This document shows positions 8,611-19,673 of a stretch of DNA of 64,000 nucleotides, piece after piece. The stretch is from an uncultured Acidobacteriota bacterium (GTDB lineage: Bacteria; Acidobacteriota; Vicinamibacteria; Vicinamibacterales; JAKQTR01), in contig CAWICP010000018.1 of the NCBI GenBank assembly GCA_963834645.1, positions 2,534 to 66,533 of the forward strand, read 5' to 3'. The position numbers and the translations under genes were made by a program. The notes under the pieces are model-generated. The model was given only the letters and a program-made list of their open reading frames with translations, had not been told where the DNA came from and did not search any database. The stretch's first letter is position 1. Every line of letters starts with the position of its first letter.

Positions 8611-10487
8611 TTGCAGCGATCGACAGGATGTTGCGAATGCGTCGCTGCCGTGCTGTGCCTGGGAACGGCGCTCGCGGCGCAGTCGCCTGCCGCGCGCGAC
8701 CTGCGCCGGACGGCGCTCGCCGGCGCCGCCCCGACCGCGGAGATCATCCGCCTCGACGTCGACGGCGACGGCCGGCCCGACATCCTCGAGCGCTGGTGGA
8801 ACGGCAAGCGCGTGCGGTGGCTGGACGAGAACGGCGATCTGTCGCCCACCGACACCAGGGGCGACCAGGTGGCGGACGTGCTCCAGGTGGACATGAACGG
8901 CGACGGCTGGTACGACGGCGTGACCGACCAGAACGTCAAGTGGGCCGACAACGACGGCGACGGCCGGCCCGACGTCCAGGCCTGGGCCACGCAGCCGCCG
9001 AGCTGGAGCGACGGCAAGTGGAGCACCAGCGAGTCGCACTGGATGCTGTTCCTCGACGTCGAGCAGGACGGCGTCCTCGGGTGGCAGGACTGGCGGACGT
9101 TCAACTTCGGCGACTCGAACTGGGACTACACCGGCACGCACGACTGGCTGCCCGACTACCACGGCGACGCGCTGTTCATGAAGATCCACCGCCCGCCCCA
9201 GGCGCTGCCCGACCCGCGCCTCAACTGGGAGAACCCGTTCGCCTTCTTCGACACCGACGGCGACGGCCTCACCGAGATGGGCATGCGGTGGCTCGACCCG
9301 ATGATGCCGGTTGTCAAGGGCCTGGCCCCGCTCTCAGGCGTGCTGAACGAGGCCTTTCTTACTCTTGATCTCGACAACGACTCGGGCAAGGGCAACGAGA
9401 TCGACTACGACATGTCGCTGCGCGGCTCGGGCGGCCCCGGCGTGCCGTACCAGTCCATGGTGACGGCCTACCCGGCCCTGCGCGGCAACCCGAAGTTCGA
9501 CGCGTGCTTCCAGTGGGGCAACTGGCGGCAGGTCGGCGAACTCAAGTTCATGCCGCACGCGCGCAGCTACGACGCGTTCTTCACGGCGGGCTGGACCTCA
9601 ACCTACCTGGTGTTCGACGAGGACGATGACGACCATCGGTGGGAACGGGTGGAGATGTACTACCCCATGCACGGGTTCGGCGGGCCCGAAGGATATCGAC
9701 ATCTGGTCGGTGAAGAAGTGGCGGCAGGGCAACTACGCGAACCTGAACATGGCCGCCGAAGGCGAGAAGCCCGGCCTCGGCGGGCACCCGCAGGCCGACT
9801 CGCTCGGCGACCGCGGCGAGTTCGATCGCGACAACTCGGGCGGCGGCAGGCTCTACGTCGGCGTCTTCGATCGCAAGCTGCACCTGGCCGGCGCGGAGTG
9901 GGGCGCATGGATCGTCGACAAGCACGCCGAGTTCCACGGCGGCTGGAAGGCGCCGTCCCCGCGCCCGCTCGCCACGAAGGTCGAGGAGGTCGTCCGCTAC
10001 ACCGACGCCGACGGCAACGGGTTCCTCGACACGGTCGAGTTCGACTACGACGGCGATCGCGCGTTCGACTTCACCGTCTCGCTCCTGGACTACAAGACGC
10101 CCGGCGGCGGCGCCCCTGATCAGGCGGCGATCATCGACACGCGGGCGGCGGGCTGGAAGGGCCTGCACGAGGCCTATACGAGCGCGGCGAACCAGTCGTG
10201 GCGGGAAGCGCTCGCCGTCTACCGCGCGGCGTGGAAGCGCGGCCTCACGACGCCCGACATGGACACGCTCGCGAACGCCGCGTCGGTGGCGGAGCGCCAC
10301 GCCAACGCCTACTGGATCAAGGAACTGGCGTTCCGCGCGATCAGGTCGCGGCTCGGCGAGGCGCGGGCGGCCGAGCCGTCGCAGGCCGCCACCCTCGACG
10401 CCCTCGAGAAGGACCTGACGCGGCTGTACCATCCTCGGCCGCTTCGACGAGTACGTGGCGGGGATTGCGCGAGTGCCCGGGGTCTGA
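8611..10487 (+). CDS. Large secreted protein with repeated DxDGDG (FG-GAP/EF-hand-like calcium-binding) motifs; frame breaks near ~9690 and ~10430
   Basis: Signal-like CVAAVLCLGTALAAQ. Motifs DVDGDGRPD, DMNGDGWYD, DNDGDGRPD, DTDGDGLTE, DADGNGFLD and DYDGDRAFD. The tail reads LYHILGRFDEYVAGIARVPGV with TGA at 10485-10487 after a +1 frame step. The start (TTG 8611 or ATG 8628) is uncertain. Confidence 0.55.
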
Positions 10488-10508
10488 CGACTCGGGACTC
10501 GGGCTCGC

Positions 10509-10564
10509 GTCGACCCTGAAGGGTCGACCTCATCCGAACTGGAGGTCGAGGCTTCAGCCTCGAC
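10509..10564. terminator. Two tetraloop hairpins between convergent genes (probable bidirectional terminators)
   Basis: GTCGACCC-tgaa-GGGTCGAC (10509-10528) and GTCGAGGC-ttca-GCCTCGAC (10545-10564). A direct repeat CTTCAGCCTCGACGG occurs at 10552-10566 and 10571-10585. Confidence 0.5.
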
Positions 10565-10590
10565 GGACCCCTTCAGCCTCGACGGCACCG

Positions 10591-11786
10591 TCAGTCGATC
10601 CACAGCACCGGGTACCGCACCGGCATGTTCCGCTGGATCTCGGTCATCACCGGGTCGGCGGGCAGGCGCTTCCACAGCTCGATGTACTTCGCCTCCCGGT
10701 ACGCCAGGCCCGCGAAGAGCAGCGAGGCGTGGCGCACGGGCCAGTACTCGAAGAACATCACGTCTCGCGGCAGCGTCCACCTCGACTTGTCGGCGATGAA
10801 GGGGAACATGAACGCGACGGCCTTCCGGAGCGACCGGCCGTCGGGCAGCGTGAACGCCCACAGGTCGTCGCCGGGCGTCGAGAGGATCTGCGCCACCGTC
10901 GCCAGTTGATCGAGCTGGAAGAGCGCGTAGCCGTAGGGCTTCGTGCGCCGCATCTCGAGGGGAAAGCTGCCGTCCTGGAACATCTGGTTCGGCAGCAGCC
11001 AGGTCTTGTACCTCGCGCGACAGTACGCCAGCTGCGGCTCGGTCGCCCAGCATGCGGGCGAACGCGGCCACCTGCATCACCCAGCACGTCCCGTGGTTGT
11101 TGCCGCGCTCGCGCTCGTCGAGGCCGTACGTCGCTCGTCGTGAGCCACGTCAGGTACTCGCGGAACCACGCCTTGATTGGCCCGGCGTCGGCGTCGGGCA
11201 GGGCGCCTCTCGCCGACATCACCTCGATGGCGGCGGACACCTCGATGAGGTGGATCGTGTCGATGATGCCCACGCCGCGGCCGGTGACCGAACCGAGGAT
11301 GGCCTGGCTGTAGAGGAGGCTCGGGTTCATCCGCGTCGCGGGCGTCACGAACCAGGCGCGCAGATGGGCCAGCGCGTGCTCGGCGTATCTCCGGTCTCCG
11401 GTGATCTTGAAGGCCGCGCCGAGCGCGCCAACGCCGCGCGCCAGCCGCACCATCGCCCATCGGTGCCGGCCGAACGTGTCGGGATTCGACCAGCCGTCGC
11501 GGTTGACGTACGGCAGGCCGTCCGGCTTCGCGGGATCGGGCCAGGAGTAGTCGGACTGCGAGAAGTAGTCGTGGATGCCGCCGGCGCTCTGCTCGGCCTT
11601 GAACGCGGTGATGGTGATCGGAGGCTCGGCGAGGAACGCGTCGGCCGCCTGCAGGACGCGCGCGCGGTCGTGGGCCGCGGGATCCACGATCGGCGCCGGG
11701 CCCGATTGCGCCCGGGCGGGAGCGGCCGCGCCGACGCACGCCGCGAGCGCGACGGCAGCCAGCCTGGAGACGGTCGTCATGGGCAT
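10591..11786 (-). CDS. Alginate lyase family (PL5-like) secreted protein; at least two frame breaks around ~10980-11090
   Basis: MPMTTVSRLAAVALAACVGAAAPARAQ is a signal peptide. Then HDYFSQSDYSWPDPAKPDGLPYVNRDGWSNPD...RYAEHALAHLRAWFVTPATRMNPSLLYSQAI...GIIDTIHL. The C-terminal piece is the ORF 10591..10983. Confidence 0.7.
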
Positions 11787-11954
11787 TCCTTTCGCGTGGG
11801 TGGTCTGACCACGCCGCATTATACGGGCGGCAGCATCGGTTTGACAGGCCCCGTGAACCTCGTGTCTACTGTCTTCCGACCGTCGCGGAAATCCGCGGCG
11901 GGCCGGCTCATTGGTCAGTCCAGTCGGTTCCCTCGCGGGATGCAGGAGGGCTTC

Positions 11955-13314
11955 ATGAAACGCTTTCTCGTCGCGGCGGCCATGCTGGCCGCGGCCATCG
12001 GCACGACGACCGCCCAGGACGGGTGGCGGCCGCTCTTCAACGGGAAGACCCTCGACGGATGGGTCATGCTCAACGGCACCGCCCCCTTCACCGTCGCCGA
12101 CGGCGCCATTGTCGGCACGACGGTCGTCGCGTCGCCGAACAGCTTCCTCGGCACGAAGGAGGAGTTCGGCGATTTCATCCTCGAGTACGAGGCGAAGCTC
12201 GACGCCCCGATGAACAGCGGCGTGCAGATTCGCGGTTTGAGCAGCCCGTCGATCCAGAACGGCCGGGTGCACGGCTATCAGATCGAAATCGATCCGAGCG
12301 ATCGGGCGTGGACCGGCGGCCTGTACGACGAAGCGCGCCGGGGCTGGCTGCACCCCGTCCACGGGCAGGAGGCCGCGCGGAAGGCCTTCAGGATGGGCGA
12401 ATGGAACCGGTTCCGCGTCGAGGCGATCGGCACCTCCATCCGCTCGTGGGTGAACGGCGTGCCGGTGGCCAACGTCGTCGACGACCTGACGCCGAAAGGG
12501 TTCATCGCGCTGCAGGTCCACAGCATCGGCAACGACGCGACGAAAGTCGGCCAGACGGTCCGCTTCCGCAACATCCGGGTCCTCACGCAGGACCTCGAGC
12601 GCCAGCGGACGCCGGACAAAGGCGACACCCCGCAGTTCAACTTCATCCCCAACACGCTGACGGCCCGTGAACAGAAGGAGGGCTGGAAGCTCCTGTGGGA
12701 CGGCAAGACCACGGCCGGCTGGCGCGGCGCGAAGCTGAAGACGTTCCCGGAGAAGGGCTGGACCATCAGGGACGGCGTCCTCACCGTCGCGGAGACCGGC
12801 GGCGGCGAGGCGGCGGCCGGCGGCGACATCGTCACCATGGACGAGTTCGAGAACTTCGAGCTCATCGTCGAGTTCAACATCACGAAGGGCGCCAACAGCG
12901 GCATCAAGTACTTCGTCGACACCGAGCTGAACAAGGGCGAGGGCTCGTCGATCGGGTGCGAATTCCAGATCCTCGACAACGCCGTCCACCCCGACGCCAA
13001 GCTGGGCGTGAACGGGAACCGCACGATGGCCGGCCTCTACGACCTGATTCCGCCGGTTGGCGTGAGAAACAACGGCGTGGGCGAATGGAACCGCGCCCGG
13101 ATCGTCGTCCAGGGCCGGAAAGTCGAGCACTGGTTCAACGGGTTCAAGACGGTCGAGTACGAGCGGGCGACGCAGATGTGGCGCGCGCTGGTGGACAACA
13201 GCAAGTACAAGGTGTGGCCGGCGCTTCGGCGAGCGGCCCAAGGGCCACATCCTGCTGCAGGACCACGGGAACACCGTGATGTTCCGCTCGATCAAGATTC
13301 GCGAACTGAAATAG
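11955..13314 (+). CDS. Tandem double DUF1080 (3-keto-disaccharide hydrolase-like) secreted protein; one extra base near 13224
   Basis: [36 protein letters not shown]...FILEYEAK...NSGVQIR...WNRFRV, and the same pattern again: [17 protein letters not shown]...NSGIKYF...EFQILDN...[19 protein letters not shown]. Removing c at ~13224 gives [32 protein letters not shown] with TAG at 13312-13314. Confidence 0.8.
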
Positions 13315-13358
13315 CCGGGCCTCAGCAGGGATCCGACAGGTCATCCGAAAGTCGCATC

Positions 13359-14780
13359 ATGTCTCAGTCACGCCGCCGATTCCTGCAGACGACGCTGGCC
13401 GGATCGGCCGGGTTGATCGTGGCGCCGTCGTTCTTCCCGGAGTCCTTCCTGCTCGGGCAGGGCGCCTCGCCCAACCGCCGCATCCAGATCGCGCAAATCG
13501 GGTGCGGGCGCATGGGCACCGAGGACATGCTCGGCACCATCAAGCACACCGACCTCTGCCGCATCGTCGCCGTCTGCGACCTCGACTCCAAGCGCGCGGC
13601 CGCCGCGAAGGCGAAGGCCGAGAAGTTCTACACCGACAAGGGCGAGACCAAGGTCGAGGTCAAGGCCTACAAGGACTATCACGAGGTGCTCGCGCGGCCC
13701 GACATCGACGCGGTGCTCGTGACGCCGCCCGACCACTGGCACGCCATCGTGGCGGTCGAGGCCGTGCTGGCCGGCAAGGATCTGCACGTCCAGAAACCGC
13801 TCACCTACGACATCAACGAGGCCATCGCGCTGCGGACGGCCGTGCGCGCGAAGAAGCGCATCCTCCAGACCGGCAGCCAGCAGCGGTCCTCGAAGCCGTG
13901 GGACACGTTCCGGGTGGCCACCGAGGCCGTGCGCAACGGCCGCATCGGCAAGATCCACACCGTGAAGATCGGCATCGGCCAGGACCGGCCGAAGGGCGTG
14001 GCCCCGAAGGCGCAGCCCGTGCCGGCGAACCTCGACTACGAGACGTGGCTCGGGCCGGCGCCGCAGCAGCCGTACATGGAAGCCCGGGTGCACCCGCAGG
14101 ACAGCCTCGGCCGGCCCGGGTGGATCACGACCGAGGATTTCGGCCTCGGCATGATCACGAACTGGGGCGCGCACCACGTGGACATCATGCAGTGGGGGCT
14201 CGGGCAGGAGCTCGGCGGGCCGCTGGCGCTCGAGGGCCGCGCGACGTTCATGCAGAACGACGTGTGGACCGTGCACCAGACGTACCACGTCGAGATGATG
14301 TACCCGGGCGAGGTGCGCGTGATTCTCGACAACGAGTTCCCCAACGGGATCCGGTTCGAGGGCGCCGACGGCTGGGTGTTCTGCGCGCGCGGCGCGGGAC
14401 TGGTGACGAGCAGCGACCCGGGCGCCGCAAAACAGGCGGAGTCGGCTCGGAAGTCGCTCGACGCCAGCAATCTCGCGATCCTGACGGCACCCTACGGCCC
14501 GAAGGACGTCCGCTGGCCGGCCAGCGACGATCACTACCGCAACTGGCTCGAGGCGATCATCGCCCGCAAGGACCCGATCGCCCCGGTGGACCAGTCGGCG
14601 CGCAGCCTCGAGGCCTGCGCGGCCGCGTGGATCGCCATGAGGCTGCAGCGGAAGCTGACGTGGGACCCGAAGCGGGAGGCGTTCGTCAACGACGCCGAGG
14701 CCAACGCGATGCGCGGCCGCAAGCCGCGATCGGCGGCCTACGACATCGACGCCGTGATGAAGAAGGCCGGCCTCGCCTAG
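13359..14780 (+). CDS. Gfo/Idh/MocA family oxidoreductase with Tat signal
   Basis: Intact within the 11052..14780 ORF. MSQSRRRFLQTTLAGSAGLIVAP is a twin-arginine signal. Rossmann IQIAQIGCGRMG is present, along with EKPL-like HVQKPLTYD. Confidence 0.9.
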   Translation: MSQSRRRFLQTTLAGSAGLIVAPSFFPESFLLGQGASPNRRIQIAQIGCGRMGTEDMLGTIKHTDLCRIVAVCDLDSKRAAAAKAKAEKFYTDKGETKVEVKAYKDYHEVLARPDIDAVLVTPPDHWHAIVAVEAVLAGKDLHVQKPLTYDINEAIALRTAVRAKKRILQTGSQQRSSKPWDTFRVATEAVRNGRIGKIHTVKIGIGQDRPKGVAPKAQPVPANLDYETWLGPAPQQPYMEARVHPQDSLGRPGWITTEDFGLGMITNWGAHHVDIMQWGLGQELGGPLALEGRATFMQNDVWTVHQTYHVEMMYPGEVRVILDNEFPNGIRFEGADGWVFCARGAGLVTSSDPGAAKQAESARKSLDASNLAILTAPYGPKDVRWPASDDHYRNWLEAIIARKDPIAPVDQSARSLEACAAAWIAMRLQRKLTWDPKREAFVNDAEANAMRGRKPRSAAYDIDAVMKKAGLA

Positions 14781-15957
14781 TCTCCGGCGGGGAGGGTGAG
14801 CGTCAGGACTGCACCCTCCCCGCGGGCCAGGCCCGATCTCCACCTGCCCGCCGTGGAGCTCCACGACCCGCCTGGCCACGGCGAGGCCCAGCGACGCGCC
14901 GTGGCCGCCGGGCCAGTCGGGCAGCGCATGGCGCGCCCGAGGCAGTCAGCCGCGTCTCGGGCGGCGCCACCAGGTCCTGGCTGAACTGAATCGCCAGCAG
15001 CCGCGTGGCGGGGTGAGTGCTGACGCGAACCCTGAGCACCGCCTCGCCCACGCCCTGGAGCAGGCCGAGCATCGCTCCGGCGGCGCCTGTCAGCGCCACC
15101 GACATGAGGCGTTCGTCCGCGACGAGCGCGCGCGTCGGCTCGTCGATGGTGAGCGCCAGCTTCGCGTTCGACAGCCGTCCCTCCGCCTCGAGCCCCTGGA
15201 GGACCCGCCCGATCAGGCTCACCGGGTTGATGCCCTTCTTCGACACCTTCGGTTCGCTGCCGAGCAGGCTGTAGGCCTCGGCGAGCCAGCGCGCGCGGTG
15301 CGCCTCGGCCCTCACCAGGCTCGACCGCCACGCGCTCCCGCAGCGGGCGATCGCGATCGAGGAAGAGGTTCAGGCACGACTCGATCGTCGCCAGGCTGTC
15401 GATGATCTCGCGCGCGGCCAGGGCCGGCACGCCCGGACGGCGGCCGCCGCGCCCGGCTCCCGCGCGCCGTCACTCCCGGTCCGCAGGTTCTCGGCCTCCG
15501 CCAGCGCCGCGCCCGCTCGTCGTCGACGTCCCGGAGCAGGCACGGCACTTCGGTGAGTCCGGCCGCGGCCGCCGCGGCGAGGCGCTTCGCGCCCGGCGAT
15601 GAGCTCGTACCGTCCCTTGCGGCGCCGACGAGCAGGGGCTGCACGACGCCGACCGACCCGATCGACTCGACCAGCGGGCCCAGGTCGTCGTCGCCGGCCG
15701 GACGGGCGCCCGTCGATGTCCTTGATCGCGATCAGGTGGACGGGCGGCGCCGCGGGCCGCGACGTCAGAGATCGACGTAGTGCGAGGTCGGCCCGCATGC
15801 GGAACGTCGGCGGCAGCCCCTCGCGGCCGGCGGCCGGCGACGAGTCGGCCTCCGCCTCGTCGCTCTCGATCTGGCCAGCGTCGCTGTCGTCGAAGTCTTC
15901 GTCGGGGGACGGCACGAACGGAATCTTGCGCAGGAAGACGCGATCGAAGTCGGACAC
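14777..15957 (-). CDS. ParB/Srx N-terminal domain protein fused to a degenerate histidine-kinase-like (GHKL) C-terminal domain; at least four frame breaks
   Basis: GTG at 15957 (VSDFDRVFLRKIPF...). ParB-N pieces: VHLIAIKDIDGRP, VQPLLVGAARDGT, YELIAG, AKRLAAAAAAGLTEVPCLLRDVDDERAR, ALAEAENL. Then REIIDSLATIESCLNLF...AHRARWLAEAYSLLGSEPKVSKKGINPVSLIGRVLQGLEAEGRLSNAKLALTIDEP...VADERLMSVALTGAAGAMLGLL...LRVRVS...LAIQFSQD. The C-terminus reads LGLAVARRVVELHGG.VEI...GAVLTLTLPAGD. Confidence 0.55.
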
Positions 15958-16099
15958 GGGACAACCTCGGGGGCCACGCGACGTAATGAAGGGACGCCTT
16001 CCGATTCTACCGCGATGTCGCGATCGCATCGAGGGACAACAGCGAGCAGCCCGGCGCCGCGCCGCGCTCAGCGCGCGTCCTGTGCTACCGTAGTGCCGG

Positions 16100-17126
16100 A
16101 TGTTCGTTGACGAAGTGGAAATCCGCGTGGCGGCCGGCAACGGCGGCCGCGGGTGCATCGCCTTCCGGCGCGAGAAGTTCGTGCCCCGGGGCGGCCCGAG
16201 CGGCGGCGACGGCGGCAACGGCGGCTCCGTCTTCTTCGCCGCGAGCCCGCACCTGAACACGCTCGTCAGTTTCCGCTTCCACCCCGACTTCAAGGCCGAG
16301 CGCGGCGAGCACGGCATGGGCTCGAACATGCACGGCCGCAACGGCAAGCACCTCGTGATCAAGGTGCCGATCGGCACCGTCGTGTACGAGGTGCCCGAGG
16401 AAGGCGGCGAACCGGTCGAGGTGGCCGACCTGACTCGAGGCCGGCACGAAGGTGCGCATCGCGGCCGGCGGCCAGGGCGGCCGCGGCAACGCCCGGTTCG
16501 CCTCGTCCACGAACCGGGCCCCTCGCCGGGCGGACCCCGGCACGCCGGGCGAGGCGAAGCAGCTGCGGCTGCAGCTGAAGCTGCTGGCCGATGTCGGTCT
16601 CGTCGGGTTCCCGAACGCCGGCAAGTCGACGCTCATCTCGCGCATCTCGGCGGCGAAGCCGAAGATCGCCGACTACCCCTTCACGACGCTGACGCCGAAC
16701 CTCGGTGTCGTGGCGCTCGGCGACGACCGCAGCTTCGTGGTGGCCGACGTGCCCGGGCCTCATCGAAGGCGCGCACCGGGGCCTCGGCCTCGGGCACCAG
16801 TTCCTCCGGCACCTCGAGCGCACCCGCCTGCTGGTGCACATCATCGACGTCTCCGGCCAGTCGGGACGCGATCCGGTCGAGGACTTCAAGACCATCCGGC
16901 GCGAGCTCGAGCTCTACCGGCCCGAGCTCGCCGGCAAGCCTGCCATCGCCGCCGCGAACAAGATGGATGCGGTGACCGACCGCGCCGCCATCACGCGGCT
17001 GGCCGCGCACCTCGCGCGCCGCGGCATCCCGCTCCACCGGATCTCGGCGGTGACCGGCCACGGCGTGCCCGCGCTGCGTCGAGGACATGTGGCTCCACCT
17101 GCAGCCCGGCCGCGACGGCCGACTGA
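16100..17126 (+). CDS. obg: GTPase Obg/CgtA; extra bases near 16436, 16758 and 17077, probably one more before the stop
   Basis: [42 protein letters not shown], then [15 protein letters not shown]...[22 protein letters not shown] (G1), then [32 protein letters not shown]. Each piece sits in the next +1 frame. TGA 17124-17126 lies one further frame step away. Confidence 0.9.
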
Positions 17127-17128
17127 CG

Positions 17129-17888
17129 ATGGCGCCCCGGACTGGCGTGCTGGGCGGCACGTTCGATCCCATCCACCTGGGGCACCTCGCCGTCGCGCGG
17201 CAGGCCGCGGACGCGTTCGGCCTCGACCGGGTGCTGCTGCTGCCCTCGCGCACGCCGCCGCACCGGCCGGTCGACCCGTCGGCGTCGCTCTTCCACCGCT
17301 TCGCCATGGTGGCCCTGGCCGCCGCGGCCGACGACCGGCTCGTCGCGAGCGACCTCGAACTGGGCCGCCCGGGCCCCTCGTACACGGCCGACACGCTTCG
17401 CGCGCTCGGCGCGACCGGCCTCGGGGCGTGGCAGATTTTCTTCCTCATCGGCGCCGATGCGTTTGCAGAAATTGCCACATGGCGCGAGTACCCGGCGGTG
17501 CTCGACCTCGCGCACTTCGTGGTCTGCTCCCGGCCGGGCGCCGCGGCCACCTCGCTCCCGGCCCGCCTGCCGGACCTCGCGACGCGGATGATCCACGTGC
17601 CAGTCCCCGGGGCTGACGCCCCGCAGGCTCGCGGTCCGCGGACCTCGGAGCCGAGCCATCGGCGACGATCCCGGCGTGAACAGCCCGGAAACACGCGTCT
17701 TCCTGCTCGACTGCGCGACTCCCGACATCTCGTCCACCAGCATCCGCGCACACGCGCGTGCAGGGCGGCCTCTCGCGGGCCTGGTGCCGCCCGAAGTCGA
17801 CGACTACATCCGCCGCCACGGTTTGTACGGCGCCGATCACGGCGCCGCGCCCGGAGGCAGGCCCGCGGCCGGCAATTTGCATGAGTAA
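17129..17888 (+). CDS. nadD: Nicotinate-nucleotide adenylyltransferase; one frame break near ~17650
   Basis: [26 protein letters not shown] (the (T/H)xGH motif)...[11 protein letters not shown]...SYTADTL...FFLIGADAF. The tail is in the +1 frame: [22 protein letters not shown]...[11 protein letters not shown], stop 17886-17888. Confidence 0.85.
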
Positions 17889-18337
17889 AACGACGAGTGT
17901 GCGCGCGAAGACGACAGACGGCCCGGCGCCCCGCCCGCGGCGGCGGACGAAGGCGGCGGCAGACGGCGCCGAAGCCAGCACCTCGGGGCTGCCGGAGGAA
18001 CTGACGCTGGCCGCCCGGATGGCCCACGAGAAGAAGGCCACCGACGTGGTGACGCTGGACCTGCGCAAGGCGCAGGCGTTCACCGATTTCTTCTTCATCT
18101 GCACGGGGCAGAACGCGCAGGCAGGTGAAGGCCATCGCCGACGCCATCGAGACCGCGCTCGCGAACGAGGGGCACAAGCCGGCGCACGTTGAAGGGTATG
18201 ACCGGGCGAACTGGATCCTGCTCGACTACTTCACCTTCGTCGTCCACGTCTTCGCGCCGGAGGCCCGCGAGTTCTACGACATCGAGCGGCTCTGGGGCAG
18301 CGCCGGGCGCATCGAGATGCCCGACCCCGCCGCCTGA
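17881..18337 (+). CDS. rsfS: Ribosome silencing factor RsfS (iojap family); one frame break near ~18115
   Basis: ATG 17881 overlaps the nadD stop. KKATDVVTLDLRKAQAFTDFFFICTGQN, then in the +1 frame KAIADAIETALANEGHKPAHVEGYDRANWILLDYFTFVVHVFAPEAREFYDIERLW. Confidence 0.85.
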
Positions 18338-18339
18338 GC

Positions 18340-19088
18340 CCCCGGGAGCCCTCGCGCGCGTCGTCGACGCGCTCGTCAGCGTCGTCATCGCGCCCGAGTG
18401 CGCCGCGTGCGGCCTGCCCCTCGACGAGCCCACCGCCGGCCCCGTGTGCCGGGCGTGCTGGGCGGCCGTCCACTGCTTCCCGCCGCGCTCCGGCTCGCCC
18501 GACCGGGATCGCGCGCAGCGCGCGCGGGCGCTCCCGTGCCTCGCCGATTCCGCGCGCCCTCGCCGCCGGCCCGTACGAGGGACGGCTGCGCGACATCATC
18601 CACGCCTTCAAGTACGACGGGCGCCGCACGCTCGCGCGGCCGCTGGCCGCGCTGATGCGCGACGCCGGAGCCGGACGTCCTCGACGGCGCGGACGCCGCC
18701 GTCCCCGTGCCGCTGCACTGGCTGCGCCGCCGCCGCCGCGGCTTCAACCAGGCCGCGCTGCTCGCGTCCGGCCTCGGGCTGCCCGTCTGCCACGCGCTCC
18801 GCCGGTCGCGCCGCACGCGCGCCCAGGCCGAGCTGCCGGCCGGCGAGCGCCACGTCAACGTCGCCGGCGCGTTCGCCCTCGCGTGGCCGTACCGATTCCG
18901 CTGGCTGGGACCCGTCACGGCGCTCGCGCGCACGCCGGCGCGCCTCGACGGGCTCACCGTGGTGCTGGTCGACGATGTGAGCACGACCGGCGCCACGCTG
19001 GACGCGTGCGCCCGGGTCCTCGCTGGCCGCGGGCGTGCGCGAGGTGCGCGCGCTTACGGCGGCCCGAGTCGCCGCGCGACCGCGCTAG
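18340..19088 (+). CDS. comF: ComF family phosphoribosyltransferase-like protein; several frame breaks, start uncertain
   Basis: N-terminal zinc-finger-like CAACGLPLDEPTAGPVCRACW. Then YEGRLRDIIHAFKYDGRR, PLHWLRRRRRGFNQAALLA, ERHVNVAGAF and the PRTase motif VVLVDDVSTTGATL. The tail AAGVREVRALTAARVAARPR ends at TAG 19086-19088. Confidence 0.7.
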
Positions 19089-19673
19089 CGACGTCGGCGG
19101 CGACCGCCTCGACGGGGCGCGCCGCGTCGATCACGATCCACAGCAGATCCTCGGCCTGGCGCCGGTAGCTCGCCCGCACGCGGCCGAGCATCGGCAGGTC
19201 GCTCTCGAACCTGTCGCGGTTCTCCGCCTTGCGGGCCGCGGCCACCTCGGGCGCGATGTCGAGCAGGATCGTCACGTCGGGCTGCGGCAGGTAGGCCTGC
19301 ACGCTCAGCAGCCAGTGCGGATCGAGTCCCTGCGCCTCGCCGTACGCCACGCTCGACGCCAGGTAGCGATCGCAGATCACGACGCGGCCGGCGGCGAGCC
19401 ACTCCTGGATCTTCGGCTTCCACTCGTGGCGGTTGGCGATGTAGCAGCAACTGGATCGTGTCGGGGCCGAACTCGCGCTCGCCGTGCAGGCCCTTCCAGA
19501 TTTCCTGCGCCGATCGGCGTCGCGTAGTCGGGAAACGCGAGCGACTCCACCTGCCGGCCGCGCGGCTTCGAACCACTGGCGCAGGAGCCGCGCCTGCGTC
19601 TGCTTGCCGCTCTGATCGAGGCCTTCGAAGACGATCGAGCGAGTCCGTGTCGATCGAGTCGTACGTCCTGCAT
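19054..19673 (-). CDS. tmk: dTMP (thymidylate) kinase; at least two frame breaks (~19450-19620), start approximate
   Basis: SIVFEGLDQSGKQTQARLL (P-loop region), FPDYATPIGAEIW..., then YIANRHEWKPKIQEWLAAGRVVICDRYLASSVAYGEAQGLDPHWLL...PDVTILLDIAPEVAAARK. Confidence 0.75.

Noticed and set aside
10758-13295. 845-aa minus-strand ORF
   Set aside because: Only its last ~330 codons (the alginate-lyase N-terminal part) look like protein. The rest is the antisense shadow of the DUF1080 gene, with the Arg/Gly/Ala/Pro-rich composition typical of wrong-frame ORFs in ~70% GC DNA.
11052-14780. 1242-aa ORF that looks like a giant multidomain protein
   Set aside because: It is a read-through of three things: the antisense of the alginate-lyase gene, the double-DUF1080 gene and the Gfo/Idh/MocA gene. 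An extra base near 13224 removes the DUF1080 stop (TAG 13312-13314). The oxidoreductase has its own ATG (13359) and Tat signal.
16100-17888. Apparent Obg-NadD fusion ORF
   Set aside because: The last Obg fragment runs in frame into nadD only because of frame errors. TGA 17124-17126 lies one frame step away, and nadD has its own ATG at 17129.
19054-19088. 35-bp overlap of the convergent comF and tmk 3' ends as an antisense regulatory arrangement
   Set aside because: Both genes carry several frame errors near their ends. The overlap may simply result from a misplaced stop, so there is no independent support.
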